A stretch of 64,000 bases of DNA from Octopus sinensis (lineage: Eukaryota), in the NCBI RefSeq assembly GCF_006345805.1, contig NC_043008.1, positions 75,764,001-75,828,000 of the forward strand, given 5' to 3'. The translations under genes and the position numbers were made by a program. Shown here piece by piece: positions 1 through 13,527 of this stretch; the stretch's first letter is position 1; the number at the start of each line of letters is the position of its first letter. Below the pieces are notes generated by a model. That model was not told where the DNA came from. It saw nothing but the letters and a program-made list of their open reading frames with translations, and did not search any database.

Positions 1-179
1 CTCCGTCGGATTGGCAATTAGTAGCTGTATACTGGTCAAAAATAATGTTCTCATTTATAATTCTTAGATTCCTGCAAATTCTAAGCAAGTCTGCCTGTCT
101 CCACAGAAAGAGACTTTTCTGTGTAGGTGGATACCTGCGACCTCTTCCCTCTCAGTTATCCCAGTATACTCTATGTGGG

Positions 180-340
180 CGTTTTTTTCTTTTTTTTTTC
201 TTCTTCTTCTTTTTCTTTTTCTTTCTTTCTTTTCTTTTTTTCTTCTTCTTCTTTTTCTTTTTCTTTCTTTCTTTTCTTTTTTTCTTCTTCTTCTTTTTCT
301 TTTTCTTTCTTTCTTTTCTTTCTTTCTTCTTTTCTTTTCT
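180..340. repeat. TC-rich compound tandem repeat, ~42-bp period
   Basis: (TTC)n/(TTTTTC)n units; minus-frame translation repeats KKEKKERKRKRRRR (14 aa) about 3.5 times. Confidence 0.85.
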
Positions 341-344
341 TTGC

Positions 345-720
345 TCCACAAAATTCCTTCGGCCTTTAGAAATTCTAACATAGCAGTTTTGTGGTGTGAC
401 AAGTATCTTATCATATAGCATGAAATTATACCCACCTCATTGTGGATTAATCATGGATAGATTCATCGTCTGTGAGTATGAAATATCTCCTCATATCTCT
501 GATGAGTACGGGACACTTGCATTTGCTGCAATATTTGCAGCTTTTAATAAACCCTGTCTTTGTATGAAACAATTGTACTAAAAAACTAATCCATTCTTGT
601 TGCTTTTTCTCGTTTATAATCACCCCACATTATTGTATGGTTAATACCATATAGTTTTCTGGTGCATCTAAGTTAAGTACCGCATTCAAGTGAATTCATT
701 AGAACTGACTTGAATCTTAA
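345..720 (+). mobile_element. PLE terminal (pLTR) remnant with degenerate type I hammerhead
   Basis: CTGATGA-GTAC...GTAT-GAAAC-AATT-GTA at ~499-580; visibly homologous to 51076-51632; ends at (TA)n. Confidence 0.6.
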
Positions 721-727
721 TTGCTTT

Positions 728-761
<34 letters not shown>

Positions 762-765
<4 letters not shown>

Positions 766-1256
766 ATAATATTAAGGAATGGCGTTAATAGGCCATTCAA
801 CTCACTAAAACGAGCAGCTAAACTCAAACCGCTAAATAGTAGTAATTCAGAAATCAAATTTAGAGTATATATTCCCAAGGCATCGATGCTGTTGCCTCGT
901 GGAATATTTATTCCTCCTGGCTTCTTTGCCGATGAGATGGGCCAGTGGTCAATTGACTTGATTAAATTTAATTTATTTTAATTAGGTTGGTTTGCTAAAG
1001 TACGTCGAAACTATGCATAGTCCAAAGATGATTAGGGTAAATATTTTTAATTTTCCTTTGATTTCTGAATTACTACTATTTAGCGGTTTGAGTTTAGCTG
1101 CTCGCTTTAGTGAGTTGAATGGCCTATTAAGGCCATTCCTTAATATTATTGTTGAATGTACATTATATAGTCTGTTGACTATTTTTTCTTTCTCACTAGA
1201 CCGCTGGTGGCGAAAAAATTTCTATTGATTTTTTTGCTACCCTTATATTGATTAAT

Positions 1257-1258
<2 letters not shown>
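762..1258 (+). mobile_element. Short ORF-less PLE-type insertion: inverted segment plus hammerhead plus pLTR end
   Basis: ~95-bp inverted repeat 765-858 vs 1057-1150; hammerhead at 923-1028; (TA)n on both sides. Confidence 0.65.
923..1028 (+). ncRNA. Type I hammerhead ribozyme motif with long stem II insert (core CCGAUGA)
   Basis: Stem I TCTTTG/CAAAGA; core CCGATGA 929-935; stem II GATG/CGTC; GAAA 1007-1010; palindromic stem III ACTATGCATAGT; GUC cleavage triplet 1020-1022. Confidence 0.7.
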
Positions 1259-1271
<13 letters not shown>

Positions 1272-1300
<29 letters not shown>

Positions 1301-2322
1301 TGTATATATATATGTGTGTGTGTGTGCGTTATTGTTATAGTGCATGTTTGGATGACCTCTACTCAACTCCCGACTTCTAGACTTCTCCCTCTATATCTAC
1401 GTATTCGGCTAGTCTACTTCATCGTCTGGGGCCGTCCACACAACAGTTATATTTGAGGAAAGCAGAAAAGGCAGATAAAAATGATGAATAACAATTGATT
1501 TTCATCATTATCTTCTATTAATTAATACCAAAAAGACAAAATCTCAACCCACAGCTGTTTCCGTTAGCGTGATTCCCAAGCTTAATCACCACAATAATAA
1601 TGATAATTATTATTATTGTAAGTAATTAATTAGACCAATTTGAATCACGGACTTCGTGTGATGAAGTTCCTTGATTCACATTGGTATAATTAATTACAGC
1701 GATAACTACTATTGCTTTTGTTTTTGTTGTTCTTGTGGTTATTATTGTGGTGGTTAAGCCTGGGAATCACGCTAACAGAAACAGTGATGGTGTTACTAAA
1801 GGCATTGTTAAGTTTAATATTGTTTATTCGGTGCATCTGTTGCCCCATGGGTATGTGCTCATGAATAAAATTATCAATGAGCGTCTGTCTGTCTTTGCAT
1901 TGATTCTTTATGCGACTACTTGTCTATGCGACTGTCTAACCGATAAAATCTCTCAATACAGCAGAACTTAAATGTAAATCCCGCACCTTAAAACCATATT
2001 ATCCTATCTGAGGAGTCCTCATGCGCTGTGCGTTGCATTTGATGTTATTGCATCGTTCCACGCCCACAAAGGAGCAGTGTACTTTGAAGATGAAACAATT
2101 GTTGTGGTAATAATAACGTTTTGCTACATTCCGTCTTCTCTATTAATCTTTAATATGTGTGTGTATGTGCATGCGCGCGTGCGTGCGTGTTTCTGTATGT
2201 ATATATGTATAGAGAGATGCGTGGCTGTGTGGTAAGTAATCTGCTTCCCAGATACGTGGTTCCAGGTTTCGGGCGACTGCATGGCTCCATGAGCAAGTGT
2301 CTTCTACTCTAGCCTCTATATC

Positions 2323-2383
<61 letters not shown>

Positions 2384-3432
2384 GTGTGGTGTGTGTGTGT
2401 GTGTGTGCATGTATATATATATGTGTGTGTGTGTGCGTTATTGTTATAGTGCATGTTTGGATGACCTCTACTCAACTCCCGACTTCTAGACTTCTCCCTC
2501 TATATCTACGTATTCGGCTAGTCTACTTCATCGTCTGGGGCCGTCCACACAACAGTTATATTTGAGGAAAGCAGAAAAGGCAGATAAAAATGATGAATAA
2601 CAATTGATTTTCATCAATTATCTTCTATTAATTAATACCAAAAAGACAAAATCTCAACCCACAGCTGTTTCCGTTAGCGTGATTCCCAAGCTTAATCACC
2701 ACAATAATAATGATAATTATTATTATTGTAAGTAATTAATTAGACCAATTTGAATCACGGACTTCGTGTGATGAAGTTCCTTGATTCACATTGGTATAAT
2801 TAATTACAGCGATAACTACTATTGCTTTTGTTTTTGTTGTTCTTGTGGTTATTATTGTGGTGGTTAAGCCTGGGAATCACGCTAACAGAAACAGTGATGG
2901 TGTTACTAAAGGCATTGTTAAGTTTAATATTGTTTATTCGGTGCATCTGTTGCCCCATGGGTATGTGCTCATGAATAAAATTATCAATGAGCGTCTGTCT
3001 GTCTTTGCATTGATTCTTTATGCGACTACTTGTCTATGCGACTGTCTAACCGATAAAATCTCTCAATACAGCAGAACTTAAATGTAAATCCCGCACCTTA
3101 AAACCATATTATCCTATCTGAGGAGTCCTCATGCGCTGTGCGTTGCATTTGATGTTATTGCATCGTTCCACGCCCACAAAGGAGCAGTGTACTTTGAAGA
3201 TGAAACAATTGTTGTGGTAATAATAACGTTTTGCTACATTCCGTCTTCTCTATTAATCTTTAATATGTGTGTGTATGTGCATGCGCGCGTGCGTGCGTGT
3301 TTCTGTATGTATATATGTATAGAGAGATGCGTGGCTGTGTGGTAAGTAATCTGCTTCCCAGATACGTGGTTCCAGGTTTCGGGCGACTGCATGGCTCCAT
3401 GAGCAAGTGTCTTCTACTCTAGCCTCTATATC
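1272..3432. repeat. Near-identical tandem duplication, ~1110-bp period
   Basis: Identical ORFs at 1735-1971 and 2845-3081; units bounded by TA/TG microsatellites. Confidence 0.95.
2218..2320 (+). mobile_element. tRNA-derived SINE 5' fragment (duplicate at ~3328-3430)
   Basis: GTGGCTGTGTGGTAAGTAA...GAGCAAGTGTCTTCTACT resembles the SINE head at 61691. Confidence 0.65.
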
Positions 3433-3496
<64 letters not shown>

Positions 3497-4099
3497 ATCT
3501 TATAGCTAAAACATTGCAACATGCAAAATATAACAAGTTGGTATTATTACCTGGTATTTCAGTATTCCGTAGTGTGCAATTATTTGAGAGAATATTATTC
3601 CTAACTCACAGGGAAAAATTCAATTCAGAAATACTAAATCAAATTTCACGAAATTTTATCAATTCAAAATGAACAATTAAGTTACACCATCCAGAAAATT
3701 ACATATAATAGAAATATTAAAATTAAAATAACAATAATTCTATTAATAAAATCTTTAATATTATTAATAAGTTTTAAAATATATTCCTTTCTAGATGGTA
3801 TAGGAATATCCTTCGAAGATGAATTCCAAAAGAGTGGTTCTATTTTACCTGTAAGTTCCATAACCGAATATAATGAGGGTAATTTTTCAGAAACGTTATT
3901 TAGAAATATAATAATAATAATTCTTATTATTTGAGGAAATATTATTCCTAACTTACAGGGAAAACTTCAATTTAGAAATACTAAATCAAATTTCACAAAA
4001 TATAATATATATATATATAAATTATGTATGTATGTATACATATGCATGAGTATGTGCGCGTAGGCATGTTTGAATATATATATATATAAATATACACAT

Positions 4100-4183
<84 letters not shown>

Positions 4184-4273
4184 ATATGTAGGTCCCGGGT
4201 TGATTCGGGGTTAACCACAGTAAATAAGGTACTCAATACATAGCAGAGTAAAATTAATTTATTATATAGAAGG

Positions 4274-4324
4274 AGCTTCTACAGGACTAGAACTGTTTCA
4301 TTCAAGAGAAATCTTCAGGAAGCT
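4274..4324 (-). ncRNA. Type I hammerhead motif in the inverted pLTR
   Basis: AGCTTC-CTGAAGA-TTTCTCTTGAAT-GAAA-CAG..CTG-TA-GAAGCT. Confidence 0.65.
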
Positions 4325-4644
4325 AGTTAACAAGAATTGTATTGGCATTTATACATTTAGGCAGGTTTAAAGGGGTGGTGGGGGACTTTTTGCGGGTAGG
4401 CATAGCGCAAAAATATTATACTTGGGGGAGTGGTCAAGGAGTCAGTGGTAAATTAGATAAAAGAATAAATAAAAGAATAAAAAAATATATAGAAGAATAG
4501 AGTTTTAGGTAAATAAGGAGATTCTCACTTATACCTATACACATATGTATACATATATACACACACACACATATATACATACACACATGCATACACACAC
4601 ACACATATATACATACACACATATATATACATACATATATCTAC

Positions 4645-4681
<37 letters not shown>

Positions 4682-5095
4682 TACACACATATATGCATAT
4701 ACATATACACACACACATGTATATATACACACACGACCACACATACATATACACACAAAAAAATATATACATACACACACATACACATACACACATACAC
4801 ACACATATCCACATACACACATGCACACACAACACACAAGTCCCTATATACACATATATACATATACACATATATATATATACATATATATATATATACA
4901 CATATGTGTACCTATACATACCTACACGTACACACATATACATACAGATACCAACCCATTCCCTAATTTTAATTTTATTATCTTCATTTATTACTTTTGT
5001 TATCTTTGACCGCTGGTCACAAGCATCTTGGCTACGACAGCAAGTCCATTTATCTTTCTACTTGAACACAAGCACTCACTCACGCACGCACACTC

Positions 5096-6600
5096 ATGGA
5101 CAGGATTTTACCAAAAATGCGTGAAGCTTCACCCCTTCCACTCTGGAATAGGACCTCCGAGGCAATAACCTGGTTCCAGGATTTACCTGACAAAAGCAAC
5201 ACCCGATTCCTACAACTGGATATCGAAGATTACTACGCCTCCATATCGGAGAGCTTGCTGATCGACGCGATTAACTTCGCCAGGATGTCCACCACCATCA
5301 CCGAGGCTGAGCAAGATGTGATCCTCCACGCACGTAAGACTTTTCTTTTCCATGACGGATCCCACTGGATTAACAAAAAATCTGTGACCCCCTTCGACGT
5401 CAGCATGGGTGCTAGCGACTCGGCTGAAATAAGTGACCTAGTGGGCCTTTTCATCCTCCATAGGCTGAAAACCCTATTCACAGGCCTCTCCGGTGGTCTT
5501 TACCGCGATGACGGCCTTTTCGCCCTCCACAAAATAAACCCCAGGACCACGGATGTGTTCCGGAAAAATCTTTACACCTTCTTTAAAAACTTAGGCCTTA
5601 GGATTACCTTAGAATCCAACTTAACCAAAGCTAACTTCCTTGACGTCACCCTCGACTTAAAAACCTCACTTTATTACCCGTACCACAAACCAATGAATCC
5701 CTTAGATATATAGATATTAATTCAACCAACCCCAAAAATATATTAGATAACCTAGTAAAAAGTGTCTCAATTAGAATTTCTAGCCTGTCCGCCACGGAAG
5801 ATATCTTAAGGCCGCGCCCCCTATTACAACGAGGCCCTGGCCCGCAGTGGCTTTAAAGATAGATTACCTATACTAGTATAGCCCCACGCCAACCCAGGGA
5901 AAATAGACGAAGACACATTAGCTGGTACAACCCCCCCTTCAACCGTGAGGTCGCTACACCTGTAGCTAAAATCTTCTTCACTCTCCTACAGAAACACTTC
6001 CCCACCCAACATAAGTACTACACTATCCTAAATAAGAACACTATTAGACTCCCTACTCTACCACGCCCAATCTAGCCAGGAACCTAGCCAACAACAATGT
6101 GAAAAAACTTAATATATCTACTTTTTCCGAGGCCCATCCAACGTCCGATAGCAATTGCAACTGCCCTGATAAAACCACCTGCCCCCTCAACAACAACTGC
6201 CTACAGAGGGACCTAGTATATACATTGCGAGGTAAGATCAGGCCCTGACGATAAAAGAAAATCCTACATCGGAATGACGTCAAACAGCTTTAAGACCCGT
6301 TGGTACGCCCACACACACTCGTTCCGGCGACCGGATAAATCCAACCAAACTACCCTCGCCGCCCACATCTGGTACCTTAAAAGGAACTCCATCCCCTTCA
6401 AGACCAAGTGGAAACTACTACAGAAGGCGCGTTCGTACACAGGAGGCCATACCTGCTGTGACCTTTGCATTTCGGAGAGCCTAGAGATCTTGTTCGCCAA
6501 AGGCCCTCTCCTTAACAAGATCTCAGAACACTCCCCAAATTGCATGCATAAGAATTATGCAAACTACAAGAACTATAGACCTACCCGGCAACCAGATTGA
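5096..6600 (+). pseudogene. PLE reverse transcriptase plus GIY-YIG endonuclease, frameshifted
   Basis: FLQLDIEDYYASI, FDVSMGASDSAEI, GLYRDD, NFLDVTL; linker CNCPDKTTCPLNNNC; YIGMTSNSFKTRW; CDLCISE...CMH. Confidence 0.9.
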
Positions 6601-6664
6601 TGACACCCCACCCACAACCCCCCCAATCCCACCGTTCCCCTAGCACCCCCGATTACCTTTTCTC

Positions 6665-6792
6665 CTAAGACCTTTCACATATTGTATGTGCACGCTTGTA
6701 TATGTGTATCGTATATATGTATAGAAATGTATGGGTATAGTAGGAATATACGCATGTATTATGTGTGTGTGTGTGTGTATGTATGTAAAAAA

Positions 6793-6824
<32 letters not shown>

Positions 6825-7143
6825 ATATGTATATATGTATATATGTGTGTATGCATATGTATGTGTATATGTATGTGTGTATGTATGTGTATGTATATAT
6901 AAAATATTATATAATTAGGGCTCAGTAAAATAAATTACTTTGCCACATACTGAACTTTCTAGAAATAGCAGCCAAAAAAGTTTTTTAGCCATTTGCACTA
7001 CTTAAAGAAAATTTTCTCTCAGACAATGTTTACTCAAAAAAATAATGGTCCTTTTACATACTGAATACTTGGTGAAATTGATTAATAACTAATTAACTTT
7101 ACCCTCAATTGTTGATATATATATATATATGTATATATGTGTG

Positions 7144-7176
<33 letters not shown>

Positions 7177-7623
7177 GTATGTGTATGTGTGTGTGTATAT
7201 ATATATATATATGTGTGTGTATATATATATTTGTGTATGTATATATATATAAGTGTACGCGAGTATGTCGATGTATATGTAGGTATGTAAAGTTATGTGT
7301 ATGTGCATGTATGTGTGTGTATATACAGATTGTAGATGGGTATATATATGTGTGTGTATATATACATATGTATGTGTATATATATATGTGTGTGTATATA
7401 TGTATATATGTATATGTGGGTATGTAGAGTTATACGTATGTGCATGTGTATGTGTATGTATATATATATATAAGTATGTGTATGTGTATGTATGTATATA
7501 TATATGTGTGTGAGTATGTGTGTATATGTATGTATATATGTATATATGTGTGTATGTGTAGGTGTGGGTATATATATATATATATATGTATGTATATATA
7601 TATATATATATATTGTGTATATG

Positions 7624-7687
<64 letters not shown>

Positions 7688-7846
7688 AATATGTGTGTGT
7701 ATGTGTACATATGTGTATATGTGTATATATGTATATATATGTATATATATATATATATATATAAGTGTGTAAGTGTGTGTATATGTATATGTAAGTGTGT
7801 GTGTGTGTATGAGTATTTATGTATGTTTGCACACATGTATATATAT

Positions 7847-7877
<31 letters not shown>

Positions 7878-7995
7878 TATATGTGTGTATGTATATGTAT
7901 GTGTGTGTATGTATATATGTATGTGTGTGTGTATGTGTGCATATGTATATGCATGTGTATGTATATGTATGTATATATATATATGTGTATATGTG

Positions 7996-8044
<49 letters not shown>

Positions 8045-8193
8045 GTATATGTGTGCGTATGTATATGTATGTATGTATATATGTGTGTGTATGTGTATGT
8101 GTATATGTACATATACGTGTACGCTCGTGTGTTTATGTATATGTAGGTACGTAGAGTTATGTATGTGTGTATGTATATGTACATATGTGTAAG

Positions 8194-8244
<51 letters not shown>

Positions 8245-8609
8245 AAGTGTATATGTATGTATCCGTCTGTATAATAGTTAACTGCACGTATATATACTTA
8301 ATATTTATTTTTTTATTTTTTGAGTATGCATGTATGTATATGAATAACTGCACGTATATATATTTTATTATTTATTTTTTGAGTATGCGTGTAAGTATGA
8401 ACATAAGGAGGCGTGTGTGTGTGTGTGTATGTGTAAGCATATGTATAGATATATGTATACTTTTACGCATGTGTGTACTTATGTGTATATATGGATGCCC
8501 GCGTGTGTGTGTGTATGGGTACGCATGTATGTGTATGTGTGTGTATGTGTATATGTGTATGTATGTGTGTGTGTATATATGTATATGTATGTATGTATAT
8601 GTATGTTTG

Positions 8610-8648
<39 letters not shown>

Positions 8649-8782
8649 ATATATATATATGTGTATGTCTATGTATGTGTGTGTGTATGCATGCGCGTAT
8701 ATGTATGTATATGTATACGTGTGGGTGTGTGTATGTGTATATATGTATGTATGTATGGGTGTATGTATGTATGTATATATAC

Positions 8783-8813
<31 letters not shown>

Positions 8814-9202
8814 AATATATACGTATGTATTTGTATGTAGGTGTATATGTATGTGTGTATATATATTTATCGGTGTATATGTAGACATGAATCTGTAGGT
8901 ACGCGTACGTATGTGTATATATGTGAATGTATGTAGATGTATGTATGTATGAATATAACGCGTACGTGCGTGTATGTGTATGAGTGTACGAATGAGTGAG
9001 TGTGCGTGCTAATGAGTGTGCGTGCGTGAGTGAGTGCTTGTGTTCAAGTAGAAAGATAAATGGACTTGCTGTCGTAGCCAAGATGCTTGTGACCAGCGGT
9101 CAAAGATAACAAAAGCAATAAATGAAGATAATAAAATTAAAATTAGGGAATGGGTTTGTATCTGTATGTATATGTGTGTACGTGTAGGTATGTATAGGTA
9201 CA

Positions 9203-9267
<65 letters not shown>

Positions 9268-9452
9268 ATATGTATATATGTGTATATAGGGACTTGTGTG
9301 TTGTGTGTGCATGTGTGTATGTGGATATGTGTGTGTATGTGTGTATGTGTATGTGTGTGTATGTATATATTTTTTTTGTGTGTATATGTATGTGTGGTCG
9401 TGTGTGTATATATACATGTGTGTGTGTATATGTATATGCATATATGTGTGTA

Positions 9453-9489
<37 letters not shown>

Positions 9490-9600
9490 GTAGATATGTT
9501 GTATATATATGTGTGTATGGTATATATGTGTGTGTGTGTATGCATGTGTGTATGTATATGTGTGTGTGTGTGTGTATATATGTATACATATGTGTATAGG
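6665..9600. repeat. Cryptic TA/TG microsatellite tract within the PLE 3' region
   Basis: Mosaic of (TA)n, (TG)n and (TATG)n. Confidence 0.9.
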
Positions 9601-9810
9601 TATAAGTGAGAATCTCCTCATTTACCTAAAAATCTATTCTTCTATATATTTTTTATTCTTTTATTATTCTTTTATCTAATTTACCACTGACTCCTTGACC
9701 ACTCCCCCAAGTATAATATTTTTGCGCTATGCCTACCCCCAAAAAGTCCCCCACCACCACCCCTTTAAACCTGCCTAAATGTATAAATGCCAATACAATT
9801 CTTGTTAACT

Positions 9811-9860
9811 AGCTCCTGAAGATTTCTCTTGAATGAAACAGTTCTAGTCCTGTAGAAGCT
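9811..9860 (+). ncRNA. Type I hammerhead motif in the 3' pLTR
   Basis: Same motif as 4274-4324 with a 1-nt deletion in stem I. Confidence 0.6.
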
Positions 9861-9871
9861 CCTTCTATATA

Positions 9872-9937
<66 letters not shown>

Positions 9938-9954
9938 TATAGGGTTTGTGGTCT

Positions 9955-12775
9955 GCTGCTAATGAGAAAGGGAAATATAAAGAGTTTGAAAACAAGGTAT
10001 GTCGGGCTCTTTATAAAATGACAGGCTCTACAGTAGAGAAACTGGGTAAATTATGAAGCTCAGTATATGATGCAGGAAAGGATTTATTTGGATTAAATAG
10101 TATATCCGATTAGAGAAAGGAAAGTGTGGACCAAGCAGGAGGATCAGGGAAATGCAGCAGTTGAGGAAGGAAATGACCAACCTGAGAAAGCGATAGAGAT
10201 GTGCTACACAAGATGAGAAACCTGGCCTGCTGTATAATGATTTGAAAAGGAAATGTCGTTATATGCAACGGCATATCTGCCGATATGAGCGTCGAAAGGA
10301 GAGTAAAAGGACTCGGGGGCAGTTTCTGAAGGACCCGTACGGGTTTACTAAGAAGCTGTTCACTGAACCGAAGAGTGGTTCTTTATCGTGCACAAAAGAA
10401 GAATTAGACGCTCATATCAAAGAAACCTACAGCGATCCGCACCGTAACCACACACTACCACCTCTGCTTGGGCTAAATCATCTCTCAGTACCTGATATCG
10501 AATTACAGATTGGGGGCATCAGGGAGTACCCCAGGAGGTGATGGCGTCTGATATAAGTTCTATAAGTATTGCAATCGTCTGCAAAAGAAGCTCTTCGTCC
10601 TACTCCGACAACTGTGGCGTGAGGAGACTATAGTAGAGGATTGGTGTAAGGCAGAAGGTATATACCTGCCGAAAGAGGAGGCCAATGCAAAGACCATAAA
10701 ACAGTTTAGGCCGATATCCTTATTGAATGTGGAAGGCAAGATCTTTATGGGAATTCTGTCGAGGAGAACAGTGACATATTTACAGAATAACGGATATGTT
10801 GATGAATCTGTTCTAAAGGCCGGAATCCCCAGGATCCCTGGATGCGTTGAACACTGTTTTTCGATTTGGAAAGCTATCCAGGACGCCAAACAGAACAGGA
10901 AAATCTGAACGTAGTATGGCTCGACCTAGCTAACGCGTATGGTTCAGTGCCAGACGAATTACTCATAAGAGCCATGGACCACTTCCACATTCCAGACAAA
11001 GTGATCAAAATAATGAGGATGTACAGTGTGGAAATGAGCTTTACAATTGGAAATTTTACAACAGATTGGCACCGATTGGAGATTGGCATTGCTGCTGGCT
11101 GTACAATATCTGTCACGTGGTTTATCTTAGTCATGGAGATGATTTTGAAAGCTGTAGATTTTTCGGAACAAATCGCCCATGTACAATCACCTAAGAAAGC
11201 CTTCATGGATGACGTGACACTACTATCAACAGACAAGCAAATCATGCAGAGTGCCCTCTTGAGATTAGACGAACTTGTGAGGTGGTCACGAATGCAATTT
11301 AGAGCAAAAAAGTCGAGTAGTCTGATATTTGTTAAGGGAGTGCAGAAAGAATTTAAGTTTCGAATAGCTGAGGAAAGCATTCCAACAGTCAAGGAAGAGC
11401 CCATCAAGAGCTTGGGGCGAGTATATACGTTGGAACATTGTCAGACAGAAGTCGTGGGATTGAAATTATGAAACAACCGAAGCTGATAACTCGAGATTAC
11501 CAGGTAACTGTAAAATTCGGTACTTGCAGTTCGGCTTGTACTCGCGACTTGCGTGGCCACTTTTAATATACGAGCTAGCCTTGTCACGAGTTCAGATCAT
11601 TGAACAAAAATGCAATGTGTTCATTAGAAAGTGGCTAGGCCTATCTCGTATGTTGAACAGTTCAGCTCTTTATCGTAAAAGAGGTTCGTTGCAGCTACCA
11701 ATAGCATCAGTAGTCGAAATATATAAATTGGGGAAGATACGGACGGTCATGATGCTGAGAGAATCGAAGGATATGGAAATCAGGCGTAACCCACGATAGG
11801 TGAAAACAGCCAGGAAGTGGAAAGCAGAAGCAGAAACTGACGACATCTTGTTTGCTATTATACACAGAGATATGGTAGGTGCAACGCAGAACCATCGGAA
11901 AGGACTTGGTTTTGGCGCAGATCAGTTCAGATCATTTGCAAGCATGATGCTGAGTGAACGCAGATCTGTTGTTAGCAACAGCGTCAAAACGAGAGAAGCA
12001 ACGAAAAGAGAGCTTCATTTGATCCGATATTTTCATGAAGGTCAGATGACGAGATGGGAAGAACACGTTGAGAGGAAAATAAGTTGGGATGAGATATGGA
12101 AGTGGACGACATCTCGGCTGAGTTTCCTGATTCGTTCATCTTATGATGTTTTGCCATCACCTACGAATCTAGTGAGATGAAACATCTCAGAGAATGACAT
12201 ATGCAAATGTGGAAGGGTCGGTACACTGAAACATATTCTTTCCAACTGTTCATTAGCATTGAACAAGTATACATGGAGACACAACTTGGTCCTTAAGGTT
12301 ATCTTCAATGCTATAAAGAACCAAATTCATCTCAACAACACAGAAAAAAACGTTAAAAGTACCATCTAGATATTTCGTTACCTTCGTGCAACCAGGTCAG
12401 CGTATCCGTTTTAAGAAGAAGATCAAGAAACTTCCTGTGAGAAATGAAAAGTGGGACGGCTATTGGGAGGTGACTGGAGATTTATCTGGGTGCCAGGGAT
12501 TCTTTACCATCCCAATTACGAAAAAAGCCCAGATATTTTGATGTGGTGTGAAAGAAGTAAAGTTGTAAATATAGTCGAGTTAACGGTTCCTCATGAAGAT
12601 AATATGGACGTCGCTCGGGCTCGAAAATTTAACCGTTATGTAAACCTTCTCGAAGAGGTAGGCCCCGAAACGGCGAAAATTCTCTCCTGATGACCCCATA
12701 CACGTGCTGGCTTCCAGTATGCGGAGTTTTTGACTGGTAGCACTTGCATGTGCAAGTTGTTTGCAAAACACTGAA
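9955..12775 (+). mobile_element. Decayed RLE-type non-LTR retrotransposon (HERO/NeSL-like)
   Basis: FRPISLLNVEGKIF, GCVEH, VVWLDLANAYGSVP, AFMDD; zinc knuckle CKCGRVGTLKHILSNC; PDILMW...ELTVPHE restriction-like endonuclease; many stops and frameshifts. Confidence 0.85.
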
Positions 12776-12822
12776 CTTACAGGGACAAATTCAATTTAGA
12801 AACACTAAATCAAATTTCGCAA

Positions 12823-12865
<43 letters not shown>

Positions 12866-13024
12866 ATATATAAAATTAGAAAAACAGCACCTTTTATCAA
12901 TTCAGAATAATCAATTAAATTACACCATCTAGAAAATTACATATAATAGAAATATTAAAATTAAAATAACAATACTATACCGATGATTAAATAAATTGCA
13001 AAATAATAATAAAAACGTATATAT

Positions 13025-13330
13025 TTGGTATGATGGTGTGTAGTGTGGTGGTGTTGGTTTGTGGGGTAGGGGTATGAGGAAGCGAGGATGGGGTGTGGAT
13101 TGGGGTGAAGGTGGGATGTGTGGGAGTGGAATGTGTGGGAGTGGAATGTGTGGGATGGGCTGGGAGTGGGATGGGATTTATAAGGATGGTGGGTGGGAAT
13201 GTGTAGGGATAGGGTAACGATGGAGGGATGACGATGAAGGGAGCGGTGGAAGGGAAAAGGTGGGTTGGAATGAAGATAGTAAGTAGGTGTCAGAGCAAGG
13301 AATGAGACGTGGGTGGGAGTGAAGGGAGGA
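13025..13330 (-). mobile_element. Fragment of the 3' region of the Neptune-like PLE (related to 14525-14790)
   Basis: Shared GGAAGGGAAAAGGTGGG...GTCAG.GCAAG.AATGAGA.GT.GGTGGGAGTGAAG. Confidence 0.7.
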
Positions 13331-13369
13331 TATATATAATATATATATATATATATATACATAATATAC

Positions 13370-13431
<62 letters not shown>

Positions 13432-13466
13432 TATATATATATATATGTATATATATATATAATATG

Positions 13467-13526
<60 letters not shown>

Positions 13527-13527
13527 A

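Larger units (their letters stand above)
4190..9876 (+). mobile_element. 5'-truncated Penelope-like element (C-terminal GIY-YIG, Hydra-clade-like) with inverted copy of its 3' end
   Basis: RT/EN at 5096-6600; 4255-5097 is the reverse complement of ~9012-9876; hammerheads at both ends; (TA)n flanks. Confidence 0.85.

Noticed and set aside
45-435. K/R/E-rich and F/S-rich ORFs
   Set aside because: Translation of a TC tandem repeat.
4434-9621. Many long YI/HT/CV-rich ORFs
   Set aside because: Translations of TA/CA microsatellites, open in several frames on both strands.
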